From Candidatus Zixiibacteriota bacterium (GTDB lineage: Bacteria; Zixibacteria; MSB-5A5; WJJR01): a stretch of 24,030 nucleotides of DNA. The translations under genes were made by a program, and so were the position numbers. Under the pieces are notes generated by a model, which did no database searches, was not told the origin of the DNA, and worked only from the letters and a program-made list of their open reading frames with translations. Positions 1 through 8,370 of this stretch are shown here, in pieces (within the stretch, counting starts at the first letter, position 1; every line of letters begins with the position of its first letter). The stretch lies in the NCBI GenBank assembly GCA_036170655.1, contig JAVHPP010000115.1, positions 11,655 to 35,684 on the forward strand, written 5' to 3'.

Positions 1-2
1 AG

Positions 3-2837
3 AGCAACATTGCGACGGTGAACATCACGGTCAATTCGGTGAACGATCCGCCGGTTCTGGATGCGATCGGACCGAAGAGTGTCGATGAAGGAGTCAATCT
101 ACACTTCACAGTCACCGGAACCGACGTCGATGACGCAGTCGTGTTGTCGGCTGTCGACGTGCCCCCGACCGCGACGTTCGGGAGCGGTGTCTTTGACTGG
201 ACGCCGGGATGCGCTGAGTCGGGTGTCTACAACGTAACATTCATCGCGTCCGATGGCGTGCTGGCCGACTCCGAGGTTGTGACGATTACGGTCAATGATC
301 TGCCGGACATCCTGGTCTCTGATGTGGACTCGATCACGATTACCTACGGCCAGGGCGATCCGATTCCCCCGCCGGCACTGATTCATCTCACCGATCCGGG
401 TTGCGGCGAGATCGGCTGGACAGCCGTGTCGAGCGCCGTCTGGCTGATTGCCACGCCGGATACTGGAACGACCCCGTCGACCGTGTCGGTCACGATCGAC
501 CCGACCGGTATGGTGCAGGGATCATTCGAGGCTACATTGACCATTACCCCCTTGGTCGCCGCCAAAGCGAGCTTTGTCGGCATACAGGTCATCGTCCATC
601 TGGACATCGTCCCGCCGATCGCACCGCATGACTCGGTGTGGGTTTCTTCAAGCGCACCCGGGGCCGTCGGTGATACCGTGACGGTGGATGTCAACTTCTG
701 CAACAATCACGAGGTATCCGGGATCACGGTTGGCTTGAAGTATGCACCGGCGGTGGCGCACATTATCGGCGCCAGCTTCGCCGGATCACGTGTGACGTCA
801 ATCAACGACACGATCGCCACGATTAACGCTGGAGATCAGACCATCTGCCTGGCGGTGATTCCGCTTACGCCGGAATTGCCGATCCCGATCGGCTGCGGCA
901 AGCTGGCGACGTTGTACTTTGTCGTCGATTCTGCCAATGGCTGTCCGAGTCCGGTCTCCGCAGTCATCGATTCGTTTACTGTCGGGGTGGGCTGCGGTTT
1001 GATGATCACCGATACCAACGCGGCGTTGGCCTATGTCTCATTCCAGCCGGGCGCCGTGAATGTCCAATGTCCAGTCAGCATCTGCGGCACGGTCACCGGG
1101 GCTGGGGACGCACCCTTGGAATCGGCGTGTGTCCAAGTCTGGTCTTCCTATCCTGATGGTGTGATCCTCGGCGTCGATACGACAGGTGTTGACGGCGGTT
1201 TCTGCGTTGGCGGATTGAATCCCGACGGAACGTATGACGTGCGCATTTACCGGTCGGGGTATTGTTCGCAGATCTTGCAGGATGTGCCGCCCACGGGCGC
1301 CAATCCGATCACGGTCACGCTCGAACCGGCGCCGGTGGTGTTGACCATGCCGCTCGTGGCTGACTACTGGTCAGTTAATGCCAAGATCCAAGGCGTGCCG
1401 CTGATGGTTGGCGACGTGATCACTGCGGTTGATCCGAATGGCGTGGTGTGTGGGCGCACGACGGTGGTCACGACCGGCGAGTATCTGATCCATGTCATGG
1501 GGGATGACCTCGCAACGCTGGCTGTCGATGAAGGCGCCCGTACGGACGATGTCCTCACATTATATCTGAACTGCACCTGTCCGCTGGTTGTCCCGACCCC
1601 GTGGGCGGCGTTGACATCGACGCAGTTCGATGCCGACTTCAACTGCGCGCAGCGTCAGCAGGAAATTGCGCTGTGTGATGTCTGGTCATTGATCTCTTTC
1701 AATGTTCTTCCCAGCGATCCGTCACGCGCGGCCGTGCTGTCGTCGATCGACGGCGAGTACCAGCATGTCTTTACGGCAACGTGCGCCGATGGGCCGCTGT
1801 CGTGGGAGGCCAGCCGTCCGATCAATGACCTCAACACGATGGATCCGTTCCACGGTTACTGGATCAAGGCGAATCAGGCGGGCATCGGACCGGCCACGAT
1901 CACTGGTGCGGCGATGGCGGTCAACACGCCGATGGATCTTTGCACCGGCTGGAATCTCATCTCCTATCTGCCGGATATGGCGGATACCTTCTCACATGCG
2001 CTTGCCTCAGTTGACGGGCAGTACGACAACGTCTTCGGTTTCGATTGCGGCAGTGGCTTCACGTCGTTGGACGTCAATCGTCCGGCGTTCCTCAACGACT
2101 TGAACTGCATGAAGCCCGGTCGTGGCTACTGGATCAAGATGAACACCGGTGCGACGCTGACCTATCCGACGGGCGGCTATGTCTGCAACGAGCCGGTTAC
2201 CCTGTCCAAGCCGGTCAACTTGCTGGATCGCGTGACGGTGACGCCGCGTGTTACTGACTTCTGGTCGGTGGCCGATCCGAACACAACCGGCTTGCATGCG
2301 GGGGACCATATCACGGCCCGGACGCAGTCCGGCGTGATCTGCGGCGAGTGTGTGGTCGGCGTGCAGGGCGCGTTCATGCTCCACGTCTATGGTGACGATC
2401 CGACCACGGGCAATGTCGTGGAAGGCGCTGCCGATGGCGAGGCGTTGCGCTTCGAGGTGAACGATGCCTCGGCGAAGATTCAGGCCGGCTCACCGGCCTG
2501 GACCGAACGTCAGTCGCGCCAACTGACCATCACGGTCGCTTCGGCGAATCCGGTTCCGGCCACGTTCGCTCTGTTGCAGAACTATCCGAACCCGTTCAAC
2601 CCGTCGACGGTGATTGAATTCCGTCTGCCGGTCCGTGCCGATGTGACGCTGACTATTTACAACGTCCTTGGCCAGACTGTCCGCGTCCTCTTTGCCGGGA
2701 CGCTCGACGAAGGGCAGCACACGTACGAATGGGACGGGCGGGACCAGAATGGCAGCACGGCCCAGAGCGGTATCTACTTCTACCGTCTGCAGGGACCGGC
2801 ATGGTCTGATGTCAAGAAGATGACTCTGTTGAAGTAA
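3..2837 (+). CDS. Large multidomain secreted/surface protein (5'-partial): Ig/cadherin-like, BACON-like, cohesin-like, carboxypeptidase-regulatory-like, internal repeats, C-terminal FlgD-Ig/T9SS type A sorting domain
   Basis: Frame is open from position 3 (SNIATVNITVNSVNDPPVL...), so the gene starts upstream of the window. Recognisable segments: NDPPVL..IGPKSVDEG..FDWTP..SGVYNVTFIASDG (Ig-like); GWTAVSSAVWL..TPDTGTTPSTVSV (BACON-like); VTVDVNFCN..SGITVGLKY..SFAGSRV..GKLATLYF (cohesin-like); C-terminus LLQNYPNPFNPST..IYNVLGQ..WDGRD..SGIYFYRL..KKMTLLK. Confidence 0.9.
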   Translation, partial: SNIATVNITVNSVNDPPVLDAIGPKSVDEGVNLHFTVTGTDVDDAVVLSAVDVPPTATFGSGVFDWTPGCAESGVYNVTFIASDGVLADSEVVTITVNDLPDILVSDVDSITITYGQGDPIPPPALIHLTDPGCGEIGWTAVSSAVWLIATPDTGTTPSTVSVTIDPTGMVQGSFEATLTITPLVAAKASFVGIQVIVHLDIVPPIAPHDSVWVSSSAPGAVGDTVTVDVNFCNNHEVSGITVGLKYAPAVAHIIGASFAGSRVTSINDTIATINAGDQTICLAVIPLTPELPIPIGCGKLATLYFVVDSANGCPSPVSAVIDSFTVGVGCGLMITDTNAALAYVSFQPGAVNVQCPVSICGTVTGAGDAPLESACVQVWSSYPDGVILGVDTTGVDGGFCVGGLNPDGTYDVRIYRSGYCSQILQDVPPTGANPITVTLEPAPVVLTMPLVADYWSVNAKIQGVPLMVGDVITAVDPNGVVCGRTTVVTTGEYLIHVMGDDLATLAVDEGARTDDVLTLYLNCTCPLVVPTPWAALTSTQFDADFNCAQRQQEIALCDVWSLISFNVLPSDPSRAAVLSSIDGEYQHVFTATCADGPLSWEASRPINDLNTMDPFHGYWIKANQAGIGPATITGAAMAVNTPMDLCTGWNLISYLPDMADTFSHALASVDGQYDNVFGFDCGSGFTSLDVNRPAFLNDLNCMKPGRGYWIKMNTGATLTYPTGGYVCNEPVTLSKPVNLLDRVTVTPRVTDFWSVADPNTTGLHAGDHITARTQSGVICGECVVGVQGAFMLHVYGDDPTTGNVVEGAADGEALRFEVNDASAKIQAGSPAWTERQSRQLTITVASANPVPATFALLQNYPNPFNPSTVIEFRLPVRADVTLTIYNVLGQTVRVLFAGTLDEGQHTYEWDGRDQNGSTAQSGIYFYRLQGPAWSDVKKMTLLK
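1671..2144 (+). repeat. Tandem W(S/N)LIS...GYWIK repeat in 2 copies (1671-1874, 1938-2144)
   Basis: LCDVWSLISF..LSSIDGEYQHVF..NDLNTMDPFHGYWIKAN versus LCTGWNLISY..LASVDGQYDNVF..NDLNCMKPGRGYWIKMN; the DNA shares gg(t/c)tactggatcaag. Confidence 0.9.
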
Positions 2838-2884
2838 CTGGCAGTGACGATGGGACAGAAGATGTTGTCAGACGCACTCAAACA

Positions 2885-2914
2885 GGATTCGCCCCGCTGC
2901 GGCGGGGCGAATCC
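2885..2914 (+). other. Perfect 13-bp intergenic stem-loop without U-tract
   Basis: GGATTCGCCCCGC (2885-2897), loop TGCG, GCGGGGCGAATCC (2902-2914). Confidence 0.8.
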
Positions 2915-2933
2915 ACCCAAAGGGGTGTTCAAC

Positions 2934-4241
2934 GTGAACAAGGCGCTGGGAAAGCTGTTCTGGGGAGCCTTGGTAGCGGGGGTTACACTGATCGGCGCGA
3001 CAAACGCTTGGGCGGCGGTTGCCGGCAAAGTCATCAGCGATGGCGGCACGGCTCTGGCCAACGCTACTGTTGAAGTCTGGGACACCTACCCAGGCGGCAC
3101 AATTCTGGCATCTGGGAGTACCAATGCCCTGGGGGCTTTCTCGCTGGTCGGTGTCGTGCCTGCGCACGTCGATCTCCGTGTCCGCAAGGCAACGGACGCC
3201 GGAAAGCCCGCGTACTATCCCAGCATCATTAAGAACCTGCCGAGCCCGGTGAGCAACGTCCTCGTGATTCTGACGCCTGTGGGCTCGACGTTTGCGAGTT
3301 GGAGTGTCGCGGACTACTGGGACACTTCGAGCACCCTGAGCACCTTCATGGGAGTTCATTTCCAGGCCGGAGATGTCCTCGCCGTGCATGATCCTGACGG
3401 CGTTCTCTGTGGTTTGGCGCTGGCAAACGCGGATGGCAGTTTCCTGATCCATGTCATCGGTGACGATGGGCTGGGAGGCATCGACGAAGGGCCTTTTTCC
3501 GGCGAGATGGTCGATTTTACGCTCAACGGATTCCCGGCGTCCCCTCCGGCCGTGTTCAACTCGAACGTATCGTCTCAACTCCACCTGACTGGCGGGACGG
3601 ATGTCGCCGGAGTGACCGTGACCGGTCCCTCCGATGCGCTCGGCAGTTGGGGTCATCTTGCGCTGGTCACCTACCAGGTGACCAACACCGGCACCGCGAC
3701 AGACACGTTTTCGGTGAGTGCCTCTCTCGCGGAGGGGTGGCCGATTACATTGCCACCAACCGATCTGATTCTGGCGTCCGGCGCCACTGGTAGTGTTGAT
3801 ATCCTCGTTGACGTCCCCGCTGGGGCGGGGGATGTGACAGTGACCGTGGATTTTAGGGCACAATCCCACCGGTACTCTTTTGTTCAAGCGGGAGCGAGCA
3901 CGGACCTGTCTGTGTCCAACTTCACAAGTGTGTGGGATGGGGGAGACGGCGGGCTGGTGCCGAACCGGTTCTCGCTGGCGCAGAACTACCCCAATCCTTT
4001 CAACCCGTCGACGGAAATTGCCTTTAACATCCGCTCTGAGGGCCGTGTGCGTCTGGAAGTCTTCAATCTGCTTGGCCAGAGCGTCAGTGTCTTGGTCGAT
4101 GGGAACCGTCCCGCTGGTGTGTTTGCGGCACAGTGGGATGGCCGTGACGGACACGGGGCGAATGTTCCCACAGGCATCTATTTTTACCGGCTGACTCAGG
4201 CCAATCAGTCGCTGACCCGCAAGATGGTCTTCCTGAAATAG
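2934..4241 (+). CDS. Secreted protein with carboxypeptidase-regulatory-like, GDD-repeat, NEW3/NPCBM-associated-like and FlgD-Ig/T9SS type A sorting domains
   Basis: ORF 2844-4241. The more likely start is GTG 2934, after AAGGGGT, giving the signal peptide MNKALGKLFWGALVAGVTLIGATNAWA. Contains YQVTNTGTATDTFSVSA..GW (NEW3-like) and C-terminus LAQNYPNPFNPST..WDGRD..TGIYFYRL..RKMVFLK. Confidence 0.88.
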   Translation: MNKALGKLFWGALVAGVTLIGATNAWAAVAGKVISDGGTALANATVEVWDTYPGGTILASGSTNALGAFSLVGVVPAHVDLRVRKATDAGKPAYYPSIIKNLPSPVSNVLVILTPVGSTFASWSVADYWDTSSTLSTFMGVHFQAGDVLAVHDPDGVLCGLALANADGSFLIHVIGDDGLGGIDEGPFSGEMVDFTLNGFPASPPAVFNSNVSSQLHLTGGTDVAGVTVTGPSDALGSWGHLALVTYQVTNTGTATDTFSVSASLAEGWPITLPPTDLILASGATGSVDILVDVPAGAGDVTVTVDFRAQSHRYSFVQAGASTDLSVSNFTSVWDGGDGGLVPNRFSLAQNYPNPFNPSTEIAFNIRSEGRVRLEVFNLLGQSVSVLVDGNRPAGVFAAQWDGRDGHGANVPTGIYFYRLTQANQSLTRKMVFLK

Positions 4242-4265
4242 CCGAACTGACCACGGAAGCGTTTT

Positions 4266-4297
4266 GCCCCCGGTCATCCGGCTGGGGGCTTTTTGTT
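4266..4297 (+). terminator. Rho-independent terminator
   Basis: GCCCCCGGTC-ATCC-GGCTGGGGGC stem (2 G-U pairs) followed by TTTTTGTT, 25 nt after the stop codon at 4241. Confidence 0.85.
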
Positions 4298-4439
4298 GCT
4301 GCACCGTCTGCATTTGTTGTTGCGTCAGGGGTATAAGCCGGTAGATTTTCCCCAGCTCGGGGGCGAGGCGTCCCGTCGTGGGCCTCGTACACAAGTGGTA
4401 CATACCAGATAAGAGAGAAACGGGAAGAGGAGGAAAAGT

Positions 4440-5516
4440 ATGTTGGAGAACGTACAGACGCAAAAGTTCATCCGCACCTTGGGATTGTCCGTGGCCGTTA
4501 CCCTTTGTGTTGTGCTGGCGGCACATGCGGATGTCACGATCAAGCAGACATCGACCACTAAAGGGCTGGGTGGGATTCTCGATGCCGAGATCAAGTCTGA
4601 GAATTGTATCAAGGGCGATCGAAGCTGCAATGACATGGAGAGCCGTATGACCGGCAAGCTCATGAAGTTCCTCGGCGGCGGGAAACCAGTCAAGACCAGC
4701 GCCATCATGCGGCTCGACAAGGACCTGATGTGGCAAGTCAGCCATCAGGATAAGAAATACACCGAGATGACGTTCGAACAGATGCGGGCGATGATGGACT
4801 CGCTCAAACTGGTGATGGCCGGTCAGCCGAAAGGCGCCCAGCCAAAACCGGAAATTGATACGTCCGAGGTGACCTTTGCTCCGCCGACCTTTGAAGTCCA
4901 GAAGACCGGAGTGAAAGAGACCATCGCCGGATATCCATGCGAGCAGTCGATTCTCACCATGACCGTCGAGGGGACCAACAAGAAGACCAAAGAGAAGTTC
5001 AAGATGATCACCACGATGGACATGATGCTGACCCAGGACGTGCCCGGAAAAGCGGAGTACGAGGCATTCGGTAAGCAGATGGCGGAGAAAATGGGCTCGT
5101 CGATGGACGCCGCCGGCGCCCAGTCGATGATGCAGGCCTTGGGCGCCTACGGAATCGACGCCAAGAAGCTGGCCGAGGAGTCAGCGAAGATGCAGGGTTT
5201 CCCCATGCGTCAGGTGGTTCGCTTTGCGGGAGAGGGCAAACAGTTTGCGGCTTCTGAGTCCAAGGAGGAAGAGAGCTCCGAATCTGCTGATAAAGAAGAA
5301 TCGAGTTCGAAGGACCCGGCGGCAAAGGTTCTCGGCGGGTTGTTTGGCAAGAAGAAAAACAACAACAAAGAGAAAGCGAGCGAGCCCAAGGAGAAGCCGG
5401 ATAACGCGATTTTCAAGATGACGACAGAGGTCACGGAGATCTCGACGGCGGCGATACCGGGGACTCGCTTCGAAGTCCCCGCAGGATACAAGAAGGAAGC
5501 CACAGGGAAGAAGTGA
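4440..5516 (+). CDS. Secreted DUF4412-like protein
   Basis: Strong RBS (GAGGAGG); signal peptide ending AHA-D; motifs I.RLDK..MWQVSHQDKKYTEMTF, KTGVKETIAGYPCE, GFPMR and terminal T.EVTEIST..IPGTRFEVPAGYKK, typical of the DUF4412/GLPGLI-like family. Confidence 0.8.
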   Translation: MLENVQTQKFIRTLGLSVAVTLCVVLAAHADVTIKQTSTTKGLGGILDAEIKSENCIKGDRSCNDMESRMTGKLMKFLGGGKPVKTSAIMRLDKDLMWQVSHQDKKYTEMTFEQMRAMMDSLKLVMAGQPKGAQPKPEIDTSEVTFAPPTFEVQKTGVKETIAGYPCEQSILTMTVEGTNKKTKEKFKMITTMDMMLTQDVPGKAEYEAFGKQMAEKMGSSMDAAGAQSMMQALGAYGIDAKKLAEESAKMQGFPMRQVVRFAGEGKQFAASESKEEESSESADKEESSSKDPAAKVLGGLFGKKKNNNKEKASEPKEKPDNAIFKMTTEVTEISTAAIPGTRFEVPAGYKKEATGKK

Positions 5517-5609
5517 CTGCAGACACTGGCATGGCGCAAAGGCACAACGGCTTTCCCGATCGTTGGTGGCTGGCCCCGGGCGGACGCTTTTTCAACAGGC
5601 CGGTAGTAG

Positions 5610-5639
5610 TTGACAATGTGTCGTCAGGTTGTGCATCTT
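5610..5639 (+). promoter_or_regulatory. Possible sigma70 promoter for the FHA-phosphatase pair
   Basis: Perfect TTGACA (5610-5615), 18-nt spacer, weak -10 CATCTT (5634-5639), 25 nt before the ATG at 5665. Confidence 0.35.
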
Positions 5640-5664
5640 TGATAGCAGCTTTCGGTGGTGACTG

Positions 5665-6978
5665 ATGCCCAAGTTCACGATCACCAGAAACGGACAGACA
5701 GTGAAGACGCTCACGCTTGACGGTGAGCGTATCGAGATGGGTTCATCGCAAGTCTGTCCGGTGTTCATCGATGATCTGCTGATTTCACTCAAACAGGCGG
5801 CGTTTGTCAAGCGTCCCGAGGGGTATTGGGTGGAACCGATGGCCCGGATTCCGGGCTTTTTTCTCAATGGCAAGCCGGTAGACGGACCTATTCGCCTCGA
5901 ATCTGGTGCGGAGATCGACGTCGAAGGGTACAAAATCCGCGTGGATTTTGAGCGAGCGGCCCCGGACCACCTTCAACCGGATGTGGGTGTGGCCGTTCCT
6001 CTTGGACCTCCGACCGTGACCGCCGAATCCGTTCCACCTCCGTTGGAGCCGCCTCCTCTATCTTCGATTCCGCAGGCCCACCCTCCATCGGGTGTGGCCA
6101 GGACCAGTGGGTTTGGCCCTTCTCCTGCTCCGTTATCCACGATCCGGCCGCCCGATACCCTGCCGCCGCCGCTCTCCGAGTTGGGAGTCGCGACTGCGCC
6201 ACCGTTGAAAACACCTGCTGCCTTTGCCGGGGGGGCCAAGAGTGACGACGAGCAGAAGACGGTTTTCGTCGTTCCAGCCAAATCGATCGGTGAACTTGTG
6301 GCTGTGGCTGGTCCCCTGAAGGGGAAGAAGTGGCCTCTCTTCCCGGGCGAAATCAAGATCGGTCGCAACAAGGAGCAGAACGACATCGCGATCTATCTGG
6401 ACCCGAGTGGGGCGCCCGACAAGAGCATCTCCCGGCGGCATGCGTCCATCCATGTCGAGAAGGGTACTGCCTATGTGGAAGACCATGGCAGCGTGGCCGG
6501 CACGTTTGTCAACCAGCGGCAGCTTACGCCCCAGCAAAGAACCTTGTTGAAGTCCGGTGATCAGCTCGAGATCCGCTCGGCCAAGGAGAGCACTGTCTTC
6601 CGTTTGGAACTGGACATGGCCGCGACGGGACCGCCCCGGCCGATGCCAACCAGCATGGAACGAGGGGCATTGACTTTGGAGCCGTCACTGCCTCCGCCTT
6701 TGGATACTCTGCAGCCGAAGCCAGCGCCTTTGAGAGAGAGTCATCCAATTGTGACCCCAAACTTCGCGCCGACGCGTGAACCAGCGCGGCAGGCGGAACC
6801 ACCGGCCGAGCCGGAACGACGACGGCCCCGGGAACGGGCGCGCGGGGCGTCCGATGACAATTTTTTTCTGCCGGTCGAGGAACCCTCCGGGTGGCAGCGC
6901 ATTCCCATGTGGGGGTGGGTTGGCGGGGGGATGGCTGTGGTGATCATTACTGTTTTGTTGCTCTTGGTCTGTCGATAA
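5665..6978 (+). CDS. Double FHA-domain protein with Pro-rich linkers and C-terminal transmembrane anchor
   Basis: The second FHA has IKIGRN...ISRRHASI...VEDHGSVAGTFVN...LKSGDQLEI. The N-terminal ~95 aa are FHA-like but degenerate (MGSS, ISLKQA, GFFLNG). C-terminus WGWVGGGMAVVIITVLLLLVCR is a TM helix. Confidence 0.88.
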   Translation: MPKFTITRNGQTVKTLTLDGERIEMGSSQVCPVFIDDLLISLKQAAFVKRPEGYWVEPMARIPGFFLNGKPVDGPIRLESGAEIDVEGYKIRVDFERAAPDHLQPDVGVAVPLGPPTVTAESVPPPLEPPPLSSIPQAHPPSGVARTSGFGPSPAPLSTIRPPDTLPPPLSELGVATAPPLKTPAAFAGGAKSDDEQKTVFVVPAKSIGELVAVAGPLKGKKWPLFPGEIKIGRNKEQNDIAIYLDPSGAPDKSISRRHASIHVEKGTAYVEDHGSVAGTFVNQRQLTPQQRTLLKSGDQLEIRSAKESTVFRLELDMAATGPPRPMPTSMERGALTLEPSLPPPLDTLQPKPAPLRESHPIVTPNFAPTREPARQAEPPAEPERRRPRERARGASDDNFFLPVEEPSGWQRIPMWGWVGGGMAVVIITVLLLLVCR

Positions 6979-7026
6979 CTTACGAAACAACGCCGATGCC
7001 CGCCAAAGGCGCGGCTGGATTGAGAC

Positions 7027-8067
7027 ATGCTGAAAATCTCGATGTATGGCGACACAAATATCGGCCTTGTGCGGTCGATCAATGAAGACAATTTTCGTCT
7101 CATCCCTCAGCGCAATACGTTGGTTGTCTGTGATGGGATGGGAGGTCACGCCGCCGGCGAGGTGGCGTCGCTGCGGGCGGTCGAGACCATCGAAGCGTTT
7201 TTTCTGCGCGATCTCTCAAGTATCAAAATCCGGCTTCCCCAGCCCGACATGCCTCAGCTCCCGTCGGAAGCCATCGGGCTTGTTCAGAGCATCCGCTTGG
7301 CGAACAGGCGCGTGTTTCTCACCGCCCAGGACCAGCGGATCTTGCGCGGGATGGGCACGACTTTGGTGGCGGTTCATTTCGCCAACGGGCGTGTCATTAT
7401 CTGTCATGTCGGCGACTCCCGGGTCTATCGTTTTTCGCGGGGACATCTGGCTCCGATGACGATCGATCACTCCCTATTGGCCGAATGGAAAGCGAAACGG
7501 GATTTCACTGAAGAAGAGGAGCGCAATTTCCCCGAGCGCAATATCATCACCCGCGCCTTGGGGACCCGTCCTTCGGTCGCGGTCGATGTCGGCGTCGTTC
7601 CCGCTGAACGGGGGGACTGGTATCTGCTGTGCTCCGACGGTTTGTGCGGATACGTCAACGATACGACCATCGGCCGCATTGTCGCGGAGAGTCACACGGA
7701 TGCGAAACTGGCCATCAGCCGGCTGATCGACGCGGCCAACGCGGCGGGTGGTCAGGACAACGTCACGGTGGCCATCGGCGTGATCGACGATGTGGCACCG
7801 GTCGGCGATTTTACTCCGATGAACGAAACAATCCCCGAAACGCAGCCGGAATCCGCCCCGCTCGAGATTGCCTATCTGCAGGAATTGTTCCCTCCGGGAA
7901 ACGGCGCCGCGTCCTCGATCGACGATGCGGTTACAGACAAGATCCCTACGCTCCCGTTCATTGTGGCCAGGCCGGGTGATCTTCCGAGAGATGCCGGCAC
8001 AGCGTCGTCAGAATCACCCGACAAGAAGAAACGCGGCCTCTGGCCTTGGTCAGACAAGGCCGATTAG
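7027..8067 (+). CDS. PP2C/PPM-family Ser/Thr protein phosphatase (Stp1/PppA-like)
   Basis: Motifs TNIGLVRSINED, VCDGMGGHAAGEVAS, GMGTTLV, HVGDSRVY, RNIITRALG, LLCSDGL and GGQDNVT, plus a ~90-aa acidic/Pro-rich tail. Confidence 0.95.
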   Translation: MLKISMYGDTNIGLVRSINEDNFRLIPQRNTLVVCDGMGGHAAGEVASLRAVETIEAFFLRDLSSIKIRLPQPDMPQLPSEAIGLVQSIRLANRRVFLTAQDQRILRGMGTTLVAVHFANGRVIICHVGDSRVYRFSRGHLAPMTIDHSLLAEWKAKRDFTEEEERNFPERNIITRALGTRPSVAVDVGVVPAERGDWYLLCSDGLCGYVNDTTIGRIVAESHTDAKLAISRLIDAANAAGGQDNVTVAIGVIDDVAPVGDFTPMNETIPETQPESAPLEIAYLQELFPPGNGAASSIDDAVTDKIPTLPFIVARPGDLPRDAGTASSESPDKKKRGLWPWSDKAD

Positions 8068-8126
8068 ACGGGCATGCCGGTGGAGTCTCGAATGGCAGGA
8101 TGTCATGTGCCCGCTCAATTTCGGGA

Positions 8127-8156
8127 TTGACTTCAGTCTCCTCGATCACGTAACAT
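8127..8156 (+). promoter_or_regulatory. Putative sigma70 promoter for tRNA-Arg/tadA
   Basis: TTGACT (8127-8132), 18-nt spacer, TAACAT (8151-8156). Confidence 0.5.
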
Positions 8157-8209
8157 TAGACTGCAACAGCGCCGATGCCGCCTGCGTAGGGCACGGCGTC
8201 TGTCACTAT

Positions 8210-8283
<74 letters not shown>

Positions 8284-8370
8284 TTGACGGGGGTCGACGG
8301 ACCTCTGCCGGTTGAAGGTGGCATGACCAAATATGCAGGTCGTGTTTCCCAAACCATCCCTCTCGTGAAT

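Larger units (their letters stand above)
1350..3530 (+). repeat. Protein-level domain repeat in 3 copies (1350-1571, 2244-2462, 3300-3530)
   Basis: Shared pattern D(Y/F)W...GD.(I/L)....GV.CG...G.(Y/F).(I/L)HV.GDD.....EG..., twice in the first CDS and once in the second. Confidence 0.85.

Noticed and set aside
2844..2933. ORF-track N-terminal extension of the second surface protein
   Set aside because: It runs through the intergenic hairpin and would bury the signal peptide; GTG 2934 has a better RBS.
2868..4745. 625-aa minus-strand ORF
   Set aside because: It is antisense to two well-supported + strand genes, crosses a terminator and has no recognisable motifs; a typical shadow ORF in GC-rich DNA.
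5517..5600. GCGCAAAG-containing spacer considered as a c-di-GMP-I riboswitch or terminator
   Set aside because: I could not build the two-hairpin GEMM structure with its GNRA loop and receptor, and the stem before the T-run at 5588-5592 is too short. An Rfam cmscan would be decisive.
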